Source: Paramecium tetraurelia (Eukaryota). From it: a stretch of 64,000 bases of DNA. Positions 14,851 through 28,926 of the stretch are shown here, in pieces. The notes beneath the pieces were generated by a model, which was not told where the DNA came from, did not search any database, and saw only the letters and a program-made list of their open reading frames with translations. Where the stretch lies: positions 1-64,000 of the forward strand of contig CT868034.1 of assembly GCA_000165425.1 (NCBI GenBank), written 5' to 3'. The translations under genes and the position numbers were made by a program. The first letter of the stretch is position 1. Every line of letters begins with the position of its first letter.

Positions 14851-16431
14851 TAAAATATATGTCTATATGAAAATGATATTTGGGAATCCTTAAATTATAT
14901 TACTGTGATTTTAATTATTTCTATTTCCTATACTCTTTTTAGCGTCAATAAATAAGAAATATTATAGTATCATGTTCTGACTTTAATAGTTATTAATTTT
15001 CTTAATAATAGTATTTCTAATATTACTTCAAGTTTTAGTAATTTTAATTTACTGTGATTAGATCTCAATTAAGGAGTTTTAATCAATTTTGCCAATCTCA
15101 GGATTATCGAACTTTAATGTTCGAATCCTTTTTAATTTTCTCATTAGTACAAAAGGCGTGTCCTAGGCCTTAAAGAATTGCTGTATAAGAAAATTAAGCA
15201 CCCATTCATAATTCAACTTTTTAATCTTAATAAGTGATAAATGCAAATAACCTTCCCTCAATACAATCATAAATTGATAATTAACTCATTTACTTAATAT
15301 TTGAAAAGAGAAGCAGAAAATCAATTTCCTTCTTTAAAATCAAAAATAATTAATTAAATCTGTCTTATTCGTTTCTCATACTAAAGAGATTACCTAAAAA
15401 GTAATTTGAGATTAGATGGTGTTTCAGGATTAAATAATTTTACATATCATATCGTCTTAATATGCTTCGAATCAAGAAATGAGATTCTAGTTATAATAAA
15501 TAAGAGCTCTTAATAGAAAAACTTAAATCGAACATTTAATAAGAGCTATTTGTAAAAAGAATGAAGGAGAGAATTAGTTGATTTCGATTCATTTACATAT
15601 AATAACTTGTATCAGGAGCAAATATATACCATCTGAAACCAATAATGCGTTTTAATATATCAAGATAGAAAGGCCAGTCATTGATTTGGATGAAATTATG
15701 TCTGATTCTAATATCTTTCTTTACCTCAAAGATAAGATGAATATAAATGTAGAAGAGGTTTAAAGCAATATAATTTAGCTGTTTCAAAAAACTCAAGTAC
15801 TCCAGAAAATAGCTTAAGAGAAGAAATTACTCCATATCTAACAGGACTAAGGAATATTATACTCTTTTTGGGATGTAATATACATAAAATGACATATCTT
15901 GGAGTATAGAAAGCCCCTCCCAGAATTGCAATATTGGTGTGTCACTGCTCTTAAGTTTGTGGGATATTATAATTTTAATTGTAATATTTTCCATTAGAAA
16001 GTAAATATTTCCTTGTATGATTACTTGTTTTGCAAAATATCCATTAAAAATGTAATCCTTAAATTTATTTTTACTGTAAAATTAATATTATTTGCATTAA
16101 ATTTTATATTCATACAAAAGAATGTTTTTATATACAATAAAAGAGTTAAATATCAATCTATTACTCTTCACTTATTTTAACCTATTTCATTTTAAGATTC
16201 AATTTTTAAAAAAGCAAAATATCAACTTCAGATTCTCTATTGAATCATAACAACTATCTTATTTCTCTGTTTTTTAAATTTATTTACTCTTGGGAATTAA
16301 TATAATAAATTAAAATATTTCTGTAATATGCTATAAAAGTATTTCAATTAAGCCTTTGCAGAACCATGAAAAATGTAAATGAAAATATTTGTGAAGATCA
16401 ATGTTGTTGGAAATAACAGAGTTACTTGTTA

Positions 16432-16517
16432 GGGTTTGGGTTTGGGGTTGGGGTTGGGGTTGGGGTTGGGTTTGGGTTTGGGTTTGGGTTTGGGTTTGGG
16501 TTTGGGGTTGGGTTTGG
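16432..16517 (+). repeat. Paramecium telomeric repeat tract, mixed GGGTTT/GGGGTT
   Basis: 14 hexamers plus GG in register GGG[T/G]TT, G-rich strand on +, starting right after genomic ...CTTGTTA. Confidence 0.97.
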
Positions 16518-16547
16518 ACTCGTCGGCTGAATGACAGATCACAGCTC

Positions 16548-16697
16548 NNNNNNNNNNNNNNNNNNNNNNNNNNNNNNNNNNNNNNNNNNNNNNNNNNNNN
16601 NNNNNNNNNNNNNNNNNNNNNNNNNNNNNNNNNNNNNNNNNNNNNNNNNNNNNNNNNNNNNNNNNNNNNNNNNNNNNNNNNNNNNNNNNNNNNNNNN
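16548..16697. other. Assembly gap (150 N)
   Basis: Run of N. Confidence 1.
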
Positions 16698-18324
16698 ATC
16701 TCATGGTTCTATTTAGAATCATAATTATCAATGCTCTTTTCTATTCTTCTTAGACCAGTTTTATAAATTAATTATTTAAGATATTCTTAAATGTGACTAT
16801 TGGCAATGAGACAGCTTTCTTAATTGGTCTACCTATACAATTAGGCCACCTTTCAAATAATGTTTAGACTAATTCTTACTTTCAATTATTAAATTGTAAC
16901 TAATAAAAAGTTCTAATATTAATTTTTAACACTCAATTAATTAAAACTCAAAATCAAGAAATTTTACTAATACGGTAATTTATTATTATCGATGAGACTT
17001 GATATTCAATTATTTTTCAAATTCAACTCGACCCTCTATAATCTTGTAAAAAAATCGCAACCATGTGTCTCAAGGTAATGAACACAAAATCAACGTGAAG
17101 TTTATATTATTTCTATTTCTTATATTTTCTTAGGTTCATCATAAAAAGGAATTCAATAGCAAGCCTAAGTTCAAAATATTATCCTTTTCAACTTTACTTG
17201 ACTATATCATATACACTCTTGATAGTCGATTTTATACTATTCTTAACAGACCCCATTTCTAATTTATAGAAATGTAATAGGTGTTAAAGTGGACAATAGG
17301 GTTTTCGACTGATCTTTATTATTTATATAATTCATCTATGCATTTCATATTATGTTAATGCAACTTTTTATCCTACCAGTTTAGCGCAGTTGATTATGAA
17401 CTCCATGCATCTTATTGCTTTCCCTTTTAGTAATTCCAAGTAATGATAAGAATACTATGAAGTTTAGGATTTCAATATCTTAAAATAGAGAGTAATTTTA
17501 CTTCAAGATCGCAGTATCGATTCAATAACCTTAGTAATGAATTACCTGCTAGCATTTTTTGCAAACTTATTAACATCATTTTTTTTTATTCAATTTGCTC
17601 ATATCATTAACTCTTTAATCTATGATTACTCAATTAATGTATTTAGACTAACTATTTATTAAGGAAGAAACTTTAGCATTCAAAAAAGAGTTAGTTCGCA
17701 ATTTTTCATAAAAAACATAACTGTCTTAATTTTAATTCATTTTAATAAGAGATATTGATATATCATTAATAAGAGTTTTTAACTCGTTTAGGCTCTTATA
17801 TGATTGAATATTAAATTTAGATATCTGCGTGCGAATAAATGAATTAATATTGAATCAAGGCTTTACTTTTTCAATTATTGTAAGATTAACTCAATGATTC
17901 TGATGAATCTACTCCAATTGAGTAATATACTTATTAAGAAATTTAGATCCCCTAGATCAATCAGCATGCTTGATCCTATTCTCATTCACCTTTCGAAGTT
18001 GGAAACACATATCCTTTTATCAAAAATTTCTGAAAAGTTTAACACCTAGTTCTAATTTTCTTAAGAGCTAATTTTGCTTTTTTATGAATATTGTCTTTCT
18101 AATTCTGTATCTTAGGAGTATTTGCTGTATTTAATGATCAATTTATTGCATAATTATAATTAAAGTAAGAAACTACCTATTAAACCCTTTTATCTTTAAT
18201 TTTTCTAATAAAAATTACAAACAACTTAACTCAAGCTACTTCCTTGTATATCAATAAGCGTTGGTTTGGTTAAGGTTCCAGCTCCAAAAAATTGATCTCT
18301 ATCAGCCTCAGATTAAAATTCATA

Positions 18325-18950
18325 AAATTAAATCTGAATGACAAAAGCCAGGTTTTACTGATTTGCAACTCAAACATTTATTGTCCTTCCAATGATAAGA
18401 AAATAAGATTCAATTAAGCAAGTCTCCATAGTTGTCTAAAGGATCCTAATCTATGCAGCCCAAAGCTGTACTTTATTTACAATGGTAAAATCTAGGGCCA
18501 TTTATAGTTTCTTTCGCCCATAAACAACTTGTCCATCCAGTATCTTTGCAGCCTCCGATCATACTTGTACATTATAATTCTTTTCTGTACTTACATCTTA
18601 ATCCTGTTAACTAACATATATCTCTCATCGATATCCTCAAATTTGGTAAATTCTTAATATTTCCTATCTTAAACAACAAAAAGCCCTTCTCTTCCATGCA
18701 AACATGAAGATAATAGTTACTCAGAGCATTTTAAAAGTTTAGATTTATCTTTATAATTCTTAAGTTCATAGTCATAATAACAGCCAGGAAGATACTCTAT
18801 TAAAAAAACTACAATAGATAACTTGTTCATAAATGAACAACTTTTAAATTGACCCCACTTTTTTTCTTTTTGTCCCAAATACATCCACTTGCAATCCAAA
18901 AACTTATTTCTGATTAAACCTCAAAACAAGAAAGTGATATACATTTTCTA
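18325..18950 (-). pseudogene. Small Cys-rich 'mini-antigen'-like pseudogene
   Basis: Minus-strand pieces in different frames: LPGCYYDYELKNY..LKCSEQLLSSCLHGREG, CTSMIGGCKDTGWTSCLWAKE..HCKQSTALGCIDQDP, SYHWKDNKCLSCKSV. Confidence 0.45.
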
Positions 18951-20415
18951 CCATACTATTAGTTTAGCAACCTCATTAAATTATGAGTGAAAGCTTTTTT
19001 TTTAGCTAAGGTTTAGTGAATTTAAGATCTCCATTTCCAATTTTGATTAGCTAATGGCTAAACTTAATAGCATGATAAGATTGAAGATAATAATTATCAA
19101 AATATAAAAAAAATTTTTGCATTACTGTCTTCCAATATTAGGGTTTCTTCTATATCAAACTTTACTTTTATTAGGTTCTCTCACAAGGAAAATGTATTCA
19201 ACAAAAGTGATTGAAAAATCGTGTGCGAATAGATGAGAGTGTGTAATGAAATCTACATTAGAATAACATGAGGCGATTATTTATTCCAGTTTCTCCTAAA
19301 CAGTTGATGCAATTAAAGTGAAAGTTGCTTATTATCAGAAGGTTAATGATAAAAAAAGCAAGGATTGAATGATATTTTTTGAAGTTTGCCCTAGTTTCCT
19401 CCATCAGTTTAAGCGTTTGCCTAATTATTACTAACTTCTTAAAGGAAATCCATAGTTGAAAGTAATGTAAACACTTAAAATTAATAATTTTAACCCTACA
19501 ATAAAGAAATAATAATTTTAACTAATTCCTTTAGAGATAATTTACAAATTTAGCTTGTGAAGATTTACTTCATCATACATTGAAGGTATTAGTACTAAAA
19601 TCTGTCTGAATCTCCTTCTAAATAAATGAATTTATTTTTTCGAATTTTATTAAAATCCCTCATTATAAAGTTGTAATTGCAACATCTAGGAGTACATTTA
19701 TTAAATATTTATCTAATATAAATAAATATTTTAATGACTTTGATAATTTTGTTGTTAATTGCGAATTGAAGATAATCCATATTTAGTTGAACCTTATCTA
19801 ATTATATTAGTGAATCATTAATTTTCCAATCGATATAATTTCATTCTTTAAATGATATTAAAAGAAAAATTCAAAAAATAATGAACATAGAAAGCGATTT
19901 ACTCCATATGAATGAGACAGAACGAAAACATGATTATTTGAAAATTGAATATTAAAAACTTAATATTTGCTTATATTGATTTAAGAAAGCTAGAATTCGA
20001 TAATCAAATTAATTTAAAGATTATTTTATGCATCATTCCATTTGCAATTTTAATTGCAAATGCCAATCTCCTTGTCTTTGACAGTAGGTACTAATCTAGG
20101 TCTAACCTTACTAATAGGCATGTTCTGATTCTTGGCCCAATCAAATAATAGCAAGTTTGTTGTTTATATTTTTTTTTCAAAACACCAACATTTTTCACTA
20201 TTAATCACTTTCTTTAAAGTCAAAGGAGTTTCTCATGCCCTTCAAGCCATTCCAAAATCAATTTATTACAGGGATTGCTTTATTAATTAAAATATTTATA
20301 CAACTCATTAATTAGATAATTAGATATGAAATAATGGTGAGAATAGAGATATATAAGGAAATTATAATTAGTTTAATAATTAATAATAAATTCAAATTTT
20401 GTTTATTGGAAATTG

Positions 20416-21190
20416 ATGCCTGGAGTTTCATTCATAAAAGTTCTATTTTTATATCCAATCTTCTATTATCAAAACTGCATGGATGCTCAAAGTGGTGATT
20501 GTTTTAATAATGATTGGTCAAATTAGGTAGCAGAGTGTGCAGGTATTTTATTTAAAGGTCGATTTTGCTGTGAGGATCAAATATCATTACAAATCAATAA
20601 TATAGTAGGGCTCAAGTTTCGTTTTGGCTTCACAATTGTAAAAATCGATAGTTGGGATCCAGGTGTTGATAATATAAAAGTCATAGCAGAGGATGAAGTT
20701 CTAGATACTTTATCTTTCGGCCCTTATGAAGGAACTTCTATGTGTTTCAATACTGATTATTAAGATTTGTTCGCTTCGTATTCTTATATGTTTAATCTAC
20801 CATAAGGAAAGAACTCCTTGAAAATAACTTTAAAAGGTTACTTTAATGAAAAAGTAGAGAATGGTATTATAATTTCTAAAATTAGAGTCTTGGGGGGCTA
20901 AGAGATTCACTTTAGAAATGTTCATTCCTTGTGTAGAATTTTATAGTGAATGTAATTTTTAAGGATAGGCGTGGAGAATCTGTAATGGATATCAAACAAG
21001 CTAAGTTAGAGATATTCCTTTCGAAATTAAATCAATCATAATCGCAAATGGAATATAAGTCAAAATGAGAAATCCAAAGTACAATAGTGGTCAAACTTAA
21101 ACATTCACGTCAAGTTAATAATGTTTATCAAGCTATTAAGTATATCTTTGATGTAAATCTTAGTTTCCTAAATATAATCAAAACGGTTGA
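20416..21190 (+). CDS. Putative secreted protein with an IDSWD...ESWG module and a C-terminal beta/gamma-crystallin-like domain
   Basis: Open in ciliate code from MPGVSFIKVLFLYPIF after removing introns 20864-20885 (22 nt) and 21140-21163 (24 nt), both GTA..TAG. Contains VKIDSWD, ENESWG and CVEFYSECNFQGQAWRIC..FEIKSI; ends YNQNG-TGA. Start codon uncertain. Confidence 0.75.
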
Positions 21191-21849
21191 AAAGAATTAA
21201 AAATATATATAATTTTATATATTAACAATTAATTAAAGTTTATTTATAGTGAATTTTATATATAGCACAGATATTTAAGTAATTAATTGGGTGCTAGTAT
21301 ATTTTCACTTCATTTATATTAAATTAATTTAAGATATAAGTATAATTGCAGAGAGATAAGTAATCCTACTTATCAATGATACTAGTTTGTTTAAAGATAA
21401 ATGGAATAACATTAATTTTACAGCATTCATTTTTTATATTAGTAATAAATAGCCTCTATTACGTATTTTAAATTGCATTTTAAACTCAACTTTTTATTAA
21501 TGAAGACAGATCAAAGCCGAAATTATTGAAGTAGGTGGCTCACTAGGATTGATTTTAATATTCTTTCGTTACTTCATTTAGATAATTAGAATTAATATTT
21601 CAATCAAGCAGCAATAGCATTGTCTTCCTTTTTCAGATCTCGGAAGATAATGCAATTGGGAAAGTTGTAAATCATTCAGTTTGAACCCATTGATTTAGAT
21701 AACTCCAGAATTAAGCCTTTATTTACATTGATGATCACAATAAATTTTATTCATTTATTTGATTATTTTATTTATTATTTAAATATATAAACCCAGTCTT
21801 AACAAATTTTTCATCAAATCGTTTCCAAACTGGAATTATAACTGCAAAT

Positions 21850-22950
21850 CCTATTAGACCATTTATCATCATTAAAACTTACTTTCTCATAGAAAAATAT
21901 TGAAGATGAAGATTTTGATGAAAAAATTAAACATCTCATGATCAAATCCATTAAGAACATGTGTCATTAAATTAAAAACTCAAAATAAATGCACATTAAC
22001 ATTTAAGAATAGAATAGATCAATAGATTTATTTATGACAAAAAGACAAACAACAAGTAAAGATATTCTATGAAAAGTAAAATTAATTAATCAGGCTTGTG
22101 CCTTGTAGCTCAATTATTATTATGTTAAATATTGCAAGAGAGGATTTCCGGTATAATCTATAATCTTCAAAGAAGGAGTTATCAAAAGTCTAAATTTAAA
22201 ACGAAATGGAAAACTACCCAAGGATTTCCCCGTAGATTAAAGAAAACGGAATTTCAAGGATTGTTTATTTCAGTTGCTGACAAATATCTTGCAGAAAAAA
22301 TTGTTTTATTCCTTCGATAAGTGTTCAAATGATATAAAGAACTTATAGTAGGTTTAGAAGTGTTGAAAAATGATATAATATTAAAATATTGAAGAATTAT
22401 TTGTTTAAACCTTAAGTAAAGCTTTTCGATTTGTGTGATGAAGATGGCTTTGGTAAAGTAACTGAAATAGAACTCTTTAACACTTTGAAGTAAAATATCA
22501 TCAATCAAAATGATAAATACTAACTAAAAATGGTCATAAGAAATGAGCAAATAAGTTGATTTAAGATGGAGATGGAGAATTAACTAAAGAAGAAATCTTA
22601 TAAGCTGCCAGCAAAAGTGCAATTCTTTGGTGACTGCTGGGAAAAACATAGATGCAATCATTTATATGATTTAGAAGAACCATTTCACCAATTTGTATGT
22701 ACACAACAAATAAATTCACTTTATCATCTTAGCTAATTTAAACTAATAAAAAGAAGGCATATATTTTGCAACTTAATAAAAATGAATTGATGCTTTAGAG
22801 GAAATTGATTTATTAAATTTTTTAGGTCAGAATCAGGTTCCATTTTGGATCTATAATAAAATTATTCTACAAAGTTAAAAGCCCTGTAGAATAAATAATT
22901 TATAATTAATAGAGAAAAGCAAAATAGATAAGTTCTAATGTAGATAATTG
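21850..22950 (+). pseudogene. EF-hand Ca-binding protein pseudogene
   Basis: EF-hand loops FDLCDEDGFGKVTEIEL (22425 on) and DGDGELTKEEILQAA (~22565 on) lie in different frames, with in-frame TGA nearby. Confidence 0.55.
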
Positions 22951-24499
22951 ATGAATATAAATTGTGCATTAGATTTAATTAAACAGCTATCAGATAAAAT
23001 TCCATTTATTATAAAAATTTATGAAGGATTAAAATTCTGAATAGAACTCTGATCAATTAGTTCAAATAAACAATGCTTATGTACTTAAATCAAGCGTTGT
23101 CTATTTTAAAAGAGATATGTTATATTAATATTATTGGCTATGGTGGAATTATGCAATACAGCAGTTTATGCTACTCGTAATCCTATAGCAGTGGATTTAA
23201 AAACTGGATAATTTAATAAGCTAAGTAGCATCTTGGGGAAGAGCCTCCTGCTCTTTCTTCTACTTTTTATTTATTCATGCATCCATTATTTATATTTTCT
23301 GCTAGCTACTTAATTATTTGCCAGTGAAGTAGCATTTTAGTAAAAAATAGGCTCTGTTTTGACTTTACTAGGAGTCTAGTAAAGGTATTTAGTTAGATAA
23401 TCATAAGAATATAGAAATAAATGTAGTTTCATTTAAGTACTAATTGGCAAGGTATTGAGTTGAATAAGCACTACCTTAATTCTGAATGCTCAATTTCAGT
23501 TTCTGTAGAATGCTCTCTAATCAATCAGAGAATGAAATTAATTATTATGTTGAAATTCATAGTCACATTTAGTGGAATATTGAGATTCATTATCCCTAGA
23601 ACTCGCTTATTCTAATTTCCTAAATTTTTGTAATATTTTTCAAAAGGCTTTGTTACGATGTTTATTAACTTAAAACCTTGCAATTTTTCTCCTAGCCTTT
23701 TCCATCCTTTTTAAAATAAAATGAGTATTTGGTGATTCAGGATATTATCTTTTTTTTACCAATGTACTTTTGTATTCTCCATAACTTTTGAGTACATTCT
23801 AATTATTGCTAAATGGAAAAACTGAATAAATATCTAAATTTTATCAAATCGAGAAAATCTTTAAGGAGTGGTTGGTAAGTAGTTTGTTTATCAATTGTGG
23901 AATTCATGTTCTGATTGCCTTCTGTAGATTCTTAAATTTATTTTGTGTTTGTTTTAGTTGTTGAGTGTTTCTTCCCAGCTTCTCTTTTCATATTAATATT
24001 GTCTTATTATTAGTTTATATTTTAATTTCAGAATGCAACTTATCAATAAAAGAAATTCTTTTGAAGATGTCTTATTATGATCTATTTTTAGTAAGTATTT
24101 CTTCAGATGATTCTTTTCTCAAGAAGTCTTTTCAAAACTGAAAGTAATATAATCTGGCCTTTCTCTTCTGATGAAGATTCTTCAGAATTTGGTTATTCTG
24201 TTTTCAAATCTTTAGTAAATTCAAACTTTTAGTTTTCCCTTAAACTAGCACTTCAGAATCCTGCTTTCTATACTGTTCCTTTTGGATTGACTACCTTTTT
24301 TTTTATAATTTTCATTCATCATCTTCCTCATCGCCTACTTGATTAGGCTTTTGACTAATTTTATTCAAAGTTCTTGAATTAGTCGTTTATTCCTTGTTAA
24401 GGTATAATGCTTAAATGATTTATATCAATAAATTAATTTCAACTAAGAACAATAATTTATTTTGATATTTTTGATTCCTATATGGGAGTGTTAAAAAAT

Positions 24500-27400
24500 T
24501 GAAGTGATTTTTATCCACTAGATAACTAAATTGCAAAGTTAACTTAGATGTGACATAGAATGTTTCTTTTATATATTAGAAAATTTAGAATGTCTCCCAG
24601 ATTTGTTTTCTAAGATCTATAAACTGTAGTTTAGCATAAATCATTTATGATTTATGGCAAGACTTTTCATAAATGATTTTAATTGTAGCTAATGAATTAT
24701 TATGAAAAATATGAAATCTCAAATAAGTTGGTCAAGTACAACATTGAGGCTATTAACTGTTCTACCTTATCATGTTAATTACATAAACACGTATGATGAG
24801 TTGGTGATATTCATTATAGATAACATGACTGAATTTAGTTGATTATAATTATTACAATTGATATTTATACTGAGGATGCCAGGTTCGTGAACCTTATCAT
24901 TGATTGTATCAATTTAATTACTAATTAAATCTTACTACAATCTGGCTCCTATGATGCGTAGGCAACTTCTTATTAGCTCCGGTTATACCAGCTATTCAAT
25001 TGCTTTTATTTCTAAATTTGAAATCTATTGATGAAGGTAAGGATAATTATAGAACTCATGTTTGTTTTTAGTGTATATTTTCATTTCATTCCTGTTATAC
25101 TCATCATAGTCCCCAACTACAATCATCTTTCAATTATGAGGTGGTTAAGGTTATTAAAGATTCAATATTGCATAGATTTTATTGAGTGGATCATACTTGC
25201 AAAAAACATAAATCTTTGATGAGAAGTTAATGATAATCATTGTTGGTGACATAACTTTAAGTATTCTGCTTATTATAATCAGACATCAATGATGAGGGGA
25301 TATCCTCATTTATGGCATTTATTATTTTAAAGCAATTATTCTCTACACTTTTACATACTTAATTTAGCATTCTATCATAAAGGAACATATTTTTCTGGGA
25401 TTAATATTAAAGCTGACAAGCTATCATAAATCAATATGTAAAAATATTGAATGTGGTGCTTGTTGACCTTGTACATTAATGATAATATGTAACTCTATCC
25501 AATAGTTACATTAGATAATTTTATATTACATAGTTTTTATTCTATGAAAAAAAATCGTTAGGAGATAAAAAATAGCAAATTGTTACTGATGCCTGGTAAG
25601 CTGTGAAACCACCAAAAAATTTAGGAATTATGCGCACTGTTGGGCGCAAGAAGGATTAAAACAGGATTCTAATAGCTATTATAACACGTAATGTTTGAAT
25701 TCAGTATGAAGCATGTAAGAAACGAGCTTAACGTTAAGAATATAGTATTGAACGGTTATTGAAAGGGCAAATTGTGCATGAAATTTGAACATCACATATA
25801 ATGCAAGGCGATAGACATTAAAACAAGCAGTGCTAGATCCTAAGAAACTCACTCTTATTCATTCTGCTTAAGTATAATAGCATTAATTAGCAAGGGTAAT
25901 ACACTCCTGAAAGGGAATATCAACATACCCAGTTTTACATAGAAACTAGTTAGAAGAAATGCTATAGAATATATTTTTTGATAAGAATTATCCATCCATA
26001 CCACCCAAATTTATATGTGCATAACTCTAGCATTTAAGAGATGAGTTTATACATTCTAAGCATTTAATCATCTCCAGAGAAAGATGCAGCCATCAAAACA
26101 TGATTTACATCACTAGGATCAGCTTAACACTGTTTTGCAAGGAGTCAGCCCATTGTAGATAACAGGTTACAAATGAAATGTTTAATTTAAAATGATCAAC
26201 ACTAAGAAACAGTGTCTACACAAGTCATGTAGGTAATAAAAAATTAATATAGTATTTAGAATGAATCATGCTTATCTTCATCAATACCAGTATGACATTT
26301 AACGCAAGATTAATTCTAAAAAGGAAAATATAGGGCTGGAGGGTAAATTCATCTGAAAGAACTATGCAAACATTTAAACTGTGGGATACTAATCTATAGA
26401 TTATTCATGAATTTTATTATTTAGGAAGTGTCAATCAGTTGAACAAGAGTACAGTTAGGGCATGGTTCAGCACATCTATCAAAAACTTCAACAATTTTTG
26501 AAAGTAAACATCAATAAGAATGGACATCAAGCTTGTATTTATTGATATTTAGATTGATGGTAATAAAGTAGTTAACAGATACTATATGTGTCAGATTTGG
26601 TAACAAAGCAGCGCATGCAATCTAATATGAATATAGGAGTTGTGCAAATTAAAGATATTTTACACCACCCACAATTTTATAAACAAGGTTGGTGTTAAGA
26701 TTTACCCCTATTACAAATTCACCTGGGGATAGTGTATTTGTAGCATATTACTAATTCTTTAAGAGATATATTGCAATTTTCATAATAGCCATTTGAGCTT
26801 TGCATTTAGTTTATGTTAAACTAAATATTTGGAGTATTCATTATCCTTTTAATCTTTCTTATACAGCTCTACATGTTAACCAAGATGAGATTTGACCATT
26901 AAAATAATTTCAACTACTATCTGCTTAGTTGTAAATGTTGTTGATGATTATGAAATTGGCAACATGTTTTAGTAAAATATATAGATTAACTATCAAAGAT
27001 CGTTTGCGATTATCTACCCTATCGTCAAATTTGACATAATCATTGCAAACACCTTATGTAAAGCATCCATCGCTATAATGGTTACAAATAGCTTAGCTTG
27101 AACAAGTTAAAATTCTAAGCATATCTGGTACATAACATTCATTTAGATGGAATCAAAATTTTGAATATACTCAGTTATGAGAGGATTGGAGGGGATTGTA
27201 TAATTATTACCATCTTTGAAATTTTGATTAAACACATTCATAAAGGCAAAGAGATAAGTTCTAGAACTATCCACCAAACTAAAACTTAAGAGAGTCTCTT
27301 ATCAAGTTGTATCTAAAAGCCATCCTTTACTGAATTTATCTTATATTCATTGTGCAAAATCAAAGACACATAGACAGCATGCTTCTAACAACGATTCCAT

Positions 27401-28318
27401 CAAATTAAAAATAAAAATAAATTTTAAGTTCTTAAACATTCAGTAGTTGTATATCAACTTTACTAGGTCTGCAGCTTACAGAAAGTGTGCTGGGGTGATT
27501 AAGTTTTATTCTGAATCATTACCTTTTCTAAACTCTCTGGCAAAAATTTTCAATACTACCATAAGCATATATATAAAAATAGTTGGTGGTATTGGCTGGT
27601 ACAATAGTGAATACTCATTAATTATAATTATTAACTTAATAAGGATCGATTCCTGATTAGTAGTAGGTTCAAGGAGTGACATTAATTTCGATAGAATTTT
27701 GTAAGGACCTTAAATCTTAATTCTGTTGTCTCTCCTTTAAGGGTACAAATGGGCCTCCAAGGGCAATTAGAAAATAGATGAGAAAGAAGGCCGCTTATAT
27801 CAGAGTAAGTTTCTGTTTAGCTTATCCTTCTAGATTCTTAGTAGTGATTCACATTAGGATAAGCTGTTATTAATAATTACCTTAAAAACGATCATGCAAA
27901 GAGTTATGTTTTATGAACATGAGAAGAAAAACAACATGGCAGCTGATTCTTCAAAGATTTATTCTTTTACCTTTATTAATTCATGAGATTTAATTGAATA
28001 TTAGTAATGAAAATGGTTTGGCCTTATATATTCACAGAAAAAATCTCTCAAAAACAGCTGGATAGAATGCAGACAATTGCAAGAATCTTTTGTTTATTAT
28101 TATAGATTAACTCTATTTACATATATGGCCCCAGTAAATCATCATTCATAACTGTCAAATCCTGATTAAATAGTTTATTGATAGGCAAACGCTATATCAC
28201 CTAATATATGCAACTTAAGAATCCCTTAATCTTATCGCTTCCCAAACTTTAATCCACCAAAGTTTAGCTTCCTGCTAGTATTAAATCAAGTATTTTACAA
28301 AATATTATTTCTAAAATT
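24500..28318 (+). pseudogene. Decayed large Cys-rich membrane-protein-like gene
   Basis: Cys-rich fragments (ECGAC, CVRFG..SCANQ, VCDY) followed by a hydrophobic-looking 3' part; no continuous frame. Confidence 0.3.
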
Positions 28319-28685
28319 TTTTAAAAAGACTCAAGGCAAAGCAGATTCTATGAATTACACTCAATTAAGCTATAACAGTGTTTTATACCTTTCAACTTCT
28401 ATAATTCATATTCTTAATACAAATTTAATAGTTCTGATTAGACTACAGGAAGATGATGAATCAAAATCCTTTAAGTATTAAGCAAATGCTTATCATTGGA
28501 TTTAAACTCTTTTAAGCTCATCTGGCATTGCTTGATAACTCTCTTCAGGTCCTTAAGATTATTATTAATAAAAGTAGAGTTCTGCGCAAGTAAATTTAGA
28601 GTAGTTTGCAATATCATCCTATTCTATATTCTCTTCTTAATCACATTTACCAATTAAAAATCTTTAAAATTAAATTGAATTAGAT
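28319..28685 (+). repeat. Copy 1 of a 367-bp direct duplication
   Basis: Identical by eye to 30567-30933 (offset 2248), from TTTTAAAAAGACTCAAGGC to AATTGAATTAGAT. Confidence 0.95.
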
Positions 28686-28926
28686 CAAAATAACCCAAAT
28701 CTAAAATCAATTATCTAAAAAAAATTAGGAACTATCAAAAAAATTGAATGATTAAAAGATAGCCAGAAACTCATCATCCCAAATAATATAAGAAGTTTTT
28801 GAAGAAAAAAAAAAAACAGACATTCTGACTGAATAATCTGATATAATCTTATGACTCTATTTTCATCATCTTTACTTTGTATGTTAAATGGATTCTTATT
28901 ATTTCTAAAATTAATATAAAATATCT

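Noticed and set aside
16518..16547. 30 bp of GC-richer sequence after the telomere as a biological element
   Set aside because: It sits between a telomere and a gap, so it is most likely linker, vector or low-quality read end; I cannot identify it.
16401..16731. WG/WV- and KP/NP-repeat ORFs
   Set aside because: They are translations of telomeric repeats running into an N gap.
14970..24420. Other coding-like stretches (~14970-15900 +, ~17000-18170 -, ~20050-20310 -, ~21305-21754 -, ~23150-24420 -)
   Set aside because: No recognisable motifs and mostly interrupted by TGA; with a single stop codon, open stretches of this size arise by chance.
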